Origin: Planctomycetota bacterium
Lineage (GTDB): Bacteria; Planctomycetota; SZUA-567; H5-PLA8
Reading direction: 5' to 3'
Length of the DNA stretch: 40,077 nucleotides
Assembly: GCA_045863855.1 (NCBI GenBank)
Contig: BTVV01000051.1
Coordinates: 1-40,077 of the forward strand
The position numbers and the translations under genes are program-made. Under the pieces are notes generated by a model that saw only the letters and a program-made list of their open reading frames with translations, was not told where the DNA came from and did no database searches. This document shows positions 33,813 through 40,077 of the stretch, one piece after another; the first letter of the stretch is position 1, and every line of letters starts with the position of its first letter.

Positions 33813-35795
33813 ATGAGTACCACGCTTTCGACCGAAGAACCCGTTGTCACGAGCCGGATTGCGCGGCCCGATCCGGCGCCGAAGCCGCCGGAACTGACCG
33901 AGCCGATCCGGCTGACGCCGGCGGCCTTCGAGCGTCCGCGCATGTTGTTCACGGGCGCGGAGTTGTCGAATTTGAAGGCGCGGCTGGACGGGAAAATCGA
34001 GAAGCGGATGCTGGAGCGGCTGACGCAGCGCTGCGAGAAGCTCATGGCGACTTTTCAGCCGCCCGCCGCGGGGACGCCGATCAGCGACCGCGGGCCGAGC
34101 GCGTGGCCGCCGTATCTCGCGCTGGCGTATCTGCTTACGGGCGAGAAGCGCTATCTCGAGAAGGCCAAGGCCTGGACGCTGGCGATCGCGCGGCAGGATC
34201 ACAAGTTCCACCAGCAGCGGGACTTGCCCGTTTCGCATAGCTTATCGTGCGTGGCCTGGGTGTACGACATGCTGCACGCCGAGTGGACGGCGGCGGAGCG
34301 GGCGGAGATCAAGCAATTCGTGCTCGATCTGGGAAGCCATTTCTTCAACATCACGGCCGCTCCAACTTGTTATTGGGGCTCGATTTTGCTCCAAAATCAC
34401 TGCCAAGTGGCCTGGACGGCGCTGGGCGCGATCGGGATGGCCTTCCACGACGAATTGGCACCGGCGAAGGAATGGGCGCAATGGGTGCAGCGCGTGTACC
34501 GGACGATCAGCTGGCTGCAGCCGCAGGACGGGACGAATCTGGAAGGGTGCAGCTACGGGACGTACGGGAGCGAGCGGCGGGTGCTGCACTACGAAGCGGC
34601 CAAGCGCTGCCTGGGCGAGAATTTATACGCGCACGGCGAGAAGGAAATGGGGCGCTGGATTCAGCATTTGACGCTTCCGGAATTCAAGGCCAAGCACAAT
34701 GCGTTCAACTGGGGCGATAATCCGCCGCGCTTCGATACGCACGGGCCGGTTCATTCCATGTTGGCTTGCGCCAAGGCGTTCTGCGATCCGCAGGTGCAGG
34801 GTTTGGCGCTGGAGTTCTGGCGGCGCGAGATTGGCGGCGATTGCGCGCTGACGTGGCTGGATCTGCTGCTGTACGATCCGAGCGTTCCCGAGGGGGATTG
34901 GCGTTCGGAGCCGACGTCCAAGCACTTCAGCGACTGGGACTTAGTGCAGGCGCGCAGCAGTTGGGACGCGAACGCTACGGCGCTATCGTACCGCTGCGGG
35001 CCGTTCCAGGGGCATCGGTTGATGAACTGGAACAGCGGCGACTTGGGCGGCGCGCACATGCACGGCGACAACAACAGCATCATGTTGTTCAGCCGCGGCG
35101 AATTTTTGCTCAGCGATCCGGGCTACGAATTCCGGAAGCGAACGGATCATCATAATACCGTGCTGGTAGACGGTTTCGGGCAATTGGGCGAAGGCATGAA
35201 GTGGTACAACGTGAACCGCGTGCTGCACGAAGACGGGTACGGGGAAGTGCTTTCGTTCGCCGACGACGGCCAAACGGTGAGCTGGGTGGGGGAGTGCGGG
35301 CGGGATTACGTGATCGAGGCGAAGCTTAAGAGCTTCCGCCGCCATGTGTTGTACGCTCGCCCGGACGTGTTGGTCGTAGCCGACGAATTAGAGGCCGCGG
35401 AGCCTCGAGAATTTACACAGCTTTGGCACAGCCCGACACCTTTTGTGGCTCATAACGGCGGCAAAAATTGGGGCTTCACGCAAGGCCGTGCGGCGCTTAG
35501 CGTTCTGCCGGTGTTGAACGCGGATCCGGCGGGCGTGGCGACGGTGCTCGCGCGGCGGCAGGAGCTTGCGGATCTGACCGAGAAAGGCAAGAGCCAGGAG
35601 GAGTTACGGGTGACGAGCGTTCGGGCGCCGAAGTGGCGGTTCGTCACGGTGCTTAGCGCCGGTGCGGCCGAGGCGGGCCCGGTGCGCTTGGAAGCTCAAG
35701 TGGCATGGCCGGTTGTGAAGGTGAAGCTGGGGAGCGGGGAGACGCTTAGCGTACGCTTCTCGCCGGACGACGGGGCCGCTCCGCGCTTGGAGTGA
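33813..35795 (+). CDS. Heparinase II/III-like (DUF4962 + Hepar_II_III) polysaccharide lyase
   Basis: RPRMLF, ALAYLLTGEKRY, LLQNH, DGTNLEGCSYG, HMHGDNNS, DPGY, HHNTVLVDG; no signal peptide; GGAGG RBS. Confidence 0.85.
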   Translation: MSTTLSTEEPVVTSRIARPDPAPKPPELTEPIRLTPAAFERPRMLFTGAELSNLKARLDGKIEKRMLERLTQRCEKLMATFQPPAAGTPISDRGPSAWPPYLALAYLLTGEKRYLEKAKAWTLAIARQDHKFHQQRDLPVSHSLSCVAWVYDMLHAEWTAAERAEIKQFVLDLGSHFFNITAAPTCYWGSILLQNHCQVAWTALGAIGMAFHDELAPAKEWAQWVQRVYRTISWLQPQDGTNLEGCSYGTYGSERRVLHYEAAKRCLGENLYAHGEKEMGRWIQHLTLPEFKAKHNAFNWGDNPPRFDTHGPVHSMLACAKAFCDPQVQGLALEFWRREIGGDCALTWLDLLLYDPSVPEGDWRSEPTSKHFSDWDLVQARSSWDANATALSYRCGPFQGHRLMNWNSGDLGGAHMHGDNNSIMLFSRGEFLLSDPGYEFRKRTDHHNTVLVDGFGQLGEGMKWYNVNRVLHEDGYGEVLSFADDGQTVSWVGECGRDYVIEAKLKSFRRHVLYARPDVLVVADELEAAEPREFTQLWHSPTPFVAHNGGKNWGFTQGRAALSVLPVLNADPAGVATVLARRQELADLTEKGKSQEELRVTSVRAPKWRFVTVLSAGAAEAGPVRLEAQVAWPVVKVKLGSGETLSVRFSPDDGAAPRLE

Positions 35796-35821
35796 GGCTA
35801 GAAAAAAAGGGTGAGTCTTGG

Positions 35822-35855
35822 AGCCGCGCTCGGGTGACCGGGCGCGGCTTTTTTT
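35822..35855 (+). terminator. Rho-independent terminator
   Basis: AGCCGCGCTCGG-GTGA-CCGGGCGCGGCT followed by a T-run. Confidence 0.9.
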
Positions 35856-36366
35856 GTGGGTTTGCGGGGCTTTTGATAACGGGGTCGGTTGGGGTCGAAG
35901 TGAGAGGTTGCAAGGTGCGTGGAATCGGTTTTTAAGGGTTTAGAGTGGTCTAGACGTGTGGGCGCACGAGGAGCAAAAGTGAGATCCTGCTATAATGCTG
36001 CTATAAATGGATGCCACAAAGCGTAAGATTGGCCCAACGGGACGCATAGCGTCCGGCGACTATGCACCTCGCGCTTTTGCGGCGCGCGGGAGGTGATGAA
36101 GCGGGGCGTCATGGGTGGGGTAGGAGTAAGGTGGATTGGAAGGGCGGGGGAGCGGATTGGAGCCCGTTCGAAGGCGCTCGTGTAATGACTTGGTAGTACA
36201 TCAAAATGAATGTGTGTCGTATCCGCAACGCGTACGTTTCTTGGCCTCAAGGAGCGGGAGCGGATTTCCCTTTTGTGGCCTGTTGACGTGTTGCGGTAAA
36301 AGAAATATGAACCTGGAAGTACAAGGTTGCATGAATGCGGTCGAAGACCAAGGTAGGCAGAAAATC

Positions 36367-36747
36367 ATGCACATTAAATTCTATCACGTGGTCTTAGTGG
36401 CGCTCCTTCTCGTTAGCGTATCTCGAGCGGAAGACGCAAAATTACGCGAGCTAGAGGCGCGTCTCGATTCGGCCCAATCCCAAACGGATATGAATATCGC
36501 GTCAGGAAAGATCGCTGAATATCTAGACAAGAAACTGATTGAAAAGGAAGCTGAAATTGCGAAGGACTTAGATCCCGAAGGAGTAAGGCTATTCACTGAA
36601 GCAGCGAAACTTTGGCGAGACTACCGTTTAGCCCAAGTTTTATTTGAGGGCGATCTTTATCGAGGCGGAACCATTCGTCCGCTAATTCATAACCAGACGT
36701 TTAGTCGGCTTACCCAAGAGCGGCTTTCGGCGCTATTTAAGGAGTAG
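36367..36747 (+). CDS. Lysozyme inhibitor LprI (DUF1311)-like secreted protein
   Basis: Signal peptide ending SRA-E; QSQTDMN, WRDYR, GGTIRPL, LTQERLSAL pattern; AT-richer codons. Confidence 0.7.
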   Translation: MHIKFYHVVLVALLLVSVSRAEDAKLRELEARLDSAQSQTDMNIASGKIAEYLDKKLIEKEAEIAKDLDPEGVRLFTEAAKLWRDYRLAQVLFEGDLYRGGTIRPLIHNQTFSRLTQERLSALFKE

Positions 36748-36853
36748 GGAGGGCGGTTGAAAATGCGGTTCCCGGCAGGCCAACTTGCTGAGGTTTTTCG
36801 TGAATGAGCAACCAAGGGCGGGTGGCAGGCAGGAATTTGTTTCGAAGTGCTAG

Positions 36854-36898
36854 GGAGCACGCGCACGGCGCTTGCTCCGCAGTACCCGGCGCCGGCCA
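36854..36898 (+). repeat. Diverged copy of the right end of the 29-kb REP-like element
   Basis: GGAGCACGCGCACGGCGCTTGCTCCGCAGTACCCGGC matches 29259-29295 at 31/37 positions; ends CCGGCCA. Confidence 0.8.
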
Positions 36899-36927
36899 AT
36901 TAGAAGGATCATCGCAAAGGGAAACTA

Positions 36928-37350
36928 ATGCTTATATTTTACGGCATTCACGAGTTCTCCAAGAAGGTCACTGACAAGGCTCAGGTCTTCTGCAAAACAT
37001 GCCAGACCAAGGTGGATGCCCTAGAGCATCAGAGTTTCAATATGGCTCATCTGTTTTTCATCCCGCTTATTCCGTTAGGAACCAAGAAAGTATGGATATG
37101 CCCTGAATGTGGCAATGATCCACATTGCAGGACAAGGACCTCCAGGGCGAAAAAGATCCTGCTTTGCATCCTAGGCTTGCCAATGCTCGGTGCGATCTGG
37201 TTCGTGGAGGGCAAGCCAGAAGATACCGGCTCGATGTGGGGTGTCCGAGCTGTGTTCACGGTTGGTTATTTGATTCTCCTGTATGTCACTATTAATCATC
37301 AGCCGTTCGTTGATTCAGAAGATGAGGGGAATAGCGAACCCTCGGCTTAA
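36928..37350 (+). CDS. Zinc-ribbon domain membrane protein
   Basis: CKTC...HLFFIPLIPLG...CPEC, then two TM segments. Confidence 0.72.
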   Translation: MLIFYGIHEFSKKVTDKAQVFCKTCQTKVDALEHQSFNMAHLFFIPLIPLGTKKVWICPECGNDPHCRTRTSRAKKILLCILGLPMLGAIWFVEGKPEDTGSMWGVRAVFTVGYLILLYVTINHQPFVDSEDEGNSEPSA

Positions 37351-37388
37351 CCGGTTTGGCGTGTCCTCGTGTTGCGTGGAAACCCTTG

Positions 37389-37421
37389 GGCGCTTGCTTC
37401 GCGGTACTCGGCATTCGGCCA
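37389..37421 (+). repeat. Further short copy of the REP-like element right end
   Basis: GGCGCTTGCTTCGCGGTACTCGGCATTCGGCCA; shares its core with 29272-29297, 30023-30044 and 36867-36898. Confidence 0.7.
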
Positions 37422-37453
37422 GTCGTCCCCTTTGTGCAGCGGGTGCGTTTAGG

Positions 37454-37550
37454 CCGCCCCTACAGGGCGGAACGGCTTTGGAGGTCGCTTACCCAGGGCG
37501 GCGGCGCGGGCGCCTTGCCCTGGGCTAACCAAGGTTGTGCCGTTGGCACA
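37454..37550. repeat. REP-like multi-hairpin element (CCCAGGG...CCCTGGGCT family)
   Basis: CCGCCC-CTACA-GGGCGG, CCCAGGGC...GCCCTGGG and TGTGCC-GTT-GGCACA hairpins. Confidence 0.7.
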
Positions 37551-37713
37551 AGGGTGGATGTTGGCCTTTGGGCCACGATCCTCGGCGGCGGTTGGCCGGA
37601 AGCGAACGGCCGTAGCGCAGGGGCACTGAGCACGGAGCAAGCTTACTGCGTTTGATCCGAGGCGCTCGGTGCACGGGATGCGGCGCGCGCCCACCTGCTG
37701 TTCGGAGGTTTTT

Positions 37714-38550
37714 ATGGCCGTTGATTATATCATTAATTTGCCCTGCGAACCCAAGCTGGCGTTCGGCACTGGAGATTTGCTTCAGGGTACTGGTGCAATT
37801 CTCGAGCTTCTAAAGGCGCGAAATCGTGCTGCGGCTATTGTTGAAATAGCTAAGGCTAAAGGAAAGAGTCCTTCTGAAATCTCAGTCACTGTTCGCGTCC
37901 TTACACCAGACGGAATAGAGCAACAACAGTCTGTTACCCACGGAACATTGGTTGAGCAGTGCCAGCCACTTGCTGCTCATGCGGCAGCATGCCGAAACTG
38001 CCCCGGCAACAGCTTGCAGACGGAATATGGATGTTACGGAGCTCTCAATTACCCTGTGCCTGCCAGCGCGGAACGATGGCTATTCGCTAAGCTTCAACCC
38101 CCCAGCCACGTTGGTGGGAATCTGTTCCTGCAATCGGTGAAGCAGTTTGATAATCGTGGCACGGAAGTCGAACGTATGCGCGCGGCCGGTTTATTTGAAA
38201 GCAAGCTGCCATTCACGACTACTCATCGCATTTCGTTTTTCAATCGCCCCACCTTCACATCGAGCCAATTGATCGAAGCGATTTTGGGAGTAGGGGAATC
38301 CCTGGACACTTGGCATTGCGGCGGAATTCTGCTTTGGCTTGGTGCTATTCAGATTGATGGCGTGGTGCCGGTCGAGCCTAGGCATGTGAACGATTTCTTG
38401 TCACTTCAAACCGTTGCCGACAGGCAATCGCGTACTTCGTTTTGTGTCGAAGAACCTCTGGACCATACTGGTGAATCGGCCTTCTACCACGTCCTCAAAG
38501 CCCTCTATACGGCATGGGTTCTTGGGGTGCCCATCCTTGTGAGCCCGTAG
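37714..38550 (+). CDS. Hypothetical protein with Cys cluster (possible metal binding)
   Basis: GGAGG RBS, ATG 37714; CRNCPGN...GCYGALNYP; AT-richer codons. Confidence 0.7.
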   Translation: MAVDYIINLPCEPKLAFGTGDLLQGTGAILELLKARNRAAAIVEIAKAKGKSPSEISVTVRVLTPDGIEQQQSVTHGTLVEQCQPLAAHAAACRNCPGNSLQTEYGCYGALNYPVPASAERWLFAKLQPPSHVGGNLFLQSVKQFDNRGTEVERMRAAGLFESKLPFTTTHRISFFNRPTFTSSQLIEAILGVGESLDTWHCGGILLWLGAIQIDGVVPVEPRHVNDFLSLQTVADRQSRTSFCVEEPLDHTGESAFYHVLKALYTAWVLGVPILVSP

Positions 38551-38704
38551 CTGGAAGAGTTTCGAATTTTAGGCTGGCCTAGGGTGGTGGTGCTGAATCC
38601 CTACCCATGACGATTGAGCGAGTGGACGAGGTGCAGAGGCCACGCGTGGGCGTTAGACTGCTCACACTTCGCGATTTCCAACTAGCTCCGAGAGAACATA
38701 CCGC

Positions 38705-39046
38705 ATGGCCAAGTACTTGATCTCTTTTCCCAGCGCCGCGATGGTCGTACCCGACGGCGAGTGGGAGGCGGTGGGGCGGGACGCGCACGCGGTGATCGAC
38801 GCGGCGAAGGCCGCCGGGGTCTACGTCTTCGGCGGCGGCATCGACGAAGCGGTCCCGCCGGCGCTCGTTGCGGCGGACGGCTCCGTGGCCGAAGGCGGCT
38901 ATCCGTGGGCGCCGCCGCTCAACGGCGGCTTCACCGTGCTTGAACTGCCGTCGCGCGAGGAGGCCGTCGCTTGGGCCGCTCGCCTCGCCCAAGCCTGCCG
39001 CTGCGCTCAAGAGTTGCGTGTGTTCCAATTCGATCCGCAGTCTTGA
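38705..39046 (+). CDS. YciI family protein
   Basis: KYLISF, AKAAGVYVFGGGI, GGFTVLELPSREEAVAWAARL, QELRVF. Confidence 0.82.
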   Translation: MAKYLISFPSAAMVVPDGEWEAVGRDAHAVIDAAKAAGVYVFGGGIDEAVPPALVAADGSVAEGGYPWAPPLNGGFTVLELPSREEAVAWAARLAQACRCAQELRVFQFDPQS

Positions 39047-39077
39047 GGGTGGATCGAGGCGGGCGTGCGGCGTTCAC

Positions 39078-39096
39078 CGCGTCCCTACGGGACGCG
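39078..39096. repeat. REP-like hairpin
   Basis: CGCGTCCC-TAC-GGGACGCG perfect 8-bp stem downstream of the YciI gene. Confidence 0.55.
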
Positions 39097-39309
39097 AAGG
39101 GCTTGCGGGGCGTGCGGGGATCGGGCGTTTGCTCCGCGGCCGGAAGGAATTCGAAAATGGGTGCGGAATTGTACGGGAAAAACGGCTAATCTGCTGGCGA
39201 GGCGTACGACGTTTCGTTTCGATAAAGGGTGTGACGCTCACGCGTCACAGGAGTTGGGTGGTCGGGCCGCCATCCCCACGCGCATAACCTGCGCAAGGGA
39301 GGTAGGCAC

Positions 39310-39657
39310 GTGTCCACCCATTCGGAAAAGGAATCCGCAACCCCCGCCGCCGGCTGTCTGGCTCGGATCTATTGGATCTTCGCGGGCAACGCCGTCCCGA
39401 TCTTCGCCGGTTTAATGATCGCCACGCGCAAGTACGATCTGCTTCCGCTCGCCGGAGTGTACTGGCTTGGCGTGGCGGCGTTGCTGGCCGTGCGGTGGTG
39501 CGATATTCGATTCTATCAAGGCAAGACCGCGGACGATCGACCGGCGGACCTGGGCACCTGGGTCCGTTACGCTCTTGCGGTCTTGGCGGCCAGCGGCTTG
39601 GGCTTCGGGGCGGCGTGGGGGTTGTACGTGTGGCAAGCGCCCACCGGGGCAGGTTAG
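39310..39657 (+). CDS. Hypothetical membrane protein (3 TM)
   Basis: GTG start after GGAGG; hydrophobic segments. Confidence 0.65.
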   Translation: MSTHSEKESATPAAGCLARIYWIFAGNAVPIFAGLMIATRKYDLLPLAGVYWLGVAALLAVRWCDIRFYQGKTADDRPADLGTWVRYALAVLAASGLGFGAAWGLYVWQAPTGAG

Positions 39658-39715
39658 CCGTCCGTTGATAAAGGGCCGGACCGCGTTGCGCGGCCGGGCC
39701 GTCGCTCCGGGCGTG

Positions 39716-40075
39716 CTACGGTCCGATCAGGCGGCGCACGGTTTCGGCCCAGGGGGCGTCGCCGTAGTAGGCGTGGACGCGGACGATGGTGGCGAGTATC
39801 AGGATGAGTCCGATCGCTTGCTGGCCGTACAGGCGCACGATTCGTTGCCCAGTTGAGATGGCGTTCCAGTTAGGGCTCTCGATCCAGAAGCGGTAAATTT
39901 TGCTCATACCCCACACGGCCAGCACGCCGCCGCTGATGGTGAGCATCAGGTCGGCGCCCGCGGCGGCGCGCCCGAGGCCTAAGGGCAGGAAGCCGGCGGT
40001 CAGCATCGCGATAAGGCCGACCAGCGAAATGAGGTCTCCTTCGCGGTACAGGCATTGCCGGGTACGGTCGGGTTC
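39716..40075 (-). CDS. Hypothetical membrane protein, 5'-partial
   Basis: Frame open from the window edge (EPDRTRQCLYREGDLISLVGLIAMLT...); hydrophobic segments; converges on 39310-39657 with a GC hairpin at about 39677-39700 between them. Confidence 0.5.
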   Translation of the reverse strand, partial: EPDRTRQCLYREGDLISLVGLIAMLTAGFLPLGLGRAAAGADLMLTISGGVLAVWGMSKIYRFWIESPNWNAISTGQRIVRLYGQQAIGLILILATIVRVHAYYGDAPWAETVRRLIGP

Positions 40076-40077
40076 GT

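Noticed and set aside
36136..36366. N-terminal extension of the LprI-like ORF
   Set aside because: The signal peptide begins at ATG 36367; the upstream in-frame sequence looks non-coding or like a degraded attC.
35860..39110. Complete integron or prophage
   Set aside because: No tyrosine recombinase, attI or phage genes in the window, and no attC has both arms; reported only as remnants.
40039..40059. CTTCGCGGTACAGGCATT, similar to the REP right end at 37397-37415
   Set aside because: Lies inside an open reading frame at the window edge and lacks the GGCGCTTG core; may be chance.

Overview
GC-rich bacterial chromosomal window, most likely from an uncultured Planctomycetota/PVC-superphylum organism (inferred from gene families and repeat styles, not verified). 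1-29 kb is mostly core and carbohydrate-related genes: a partial large hypothetical, an FKBP PPIase, two secreted paralogues, serA, a Gfo/Idh/MocA oxidoreductase, rsmE, an FNR-like reductase, a divergent PhyH-dioxygenase/AraC pair followed by a GH116 glycosidase, and a stand-alone SpoIIE phosphatase. It also holds an unusual Fe-S biogenesis neighbourhood: bacilliredoxin, an IscA with an extra N-terminal domain and a YgfZ-TPR fusion, converging on Rieske-sufS-sufT. After that come two tandem membrane-anchored prenyltransferase/terpene-cyclase-fold paralogues, nhaA, a VanX/DdpX-like dipeptidase and a VOC protein. 30.4-35.8 kb holds a second PhyH/AraC pair, a GntR-LacI-type regulator with a palindromic operator and a heparinase II/III-like lyase. 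Two accessory tracts (29.0-30.4 kb and 35.9-39.1 kb) carry small, mostly AT-richer, mostly co-oriented ORFs. These are separated by copies of a REP/REPIN-like element (including a 171-bp near-perfect direct repeat) that abut broken halves of what look like integron attC sites. No integrase, transposase, rRNA, tRNA or CRISPR array was seen.
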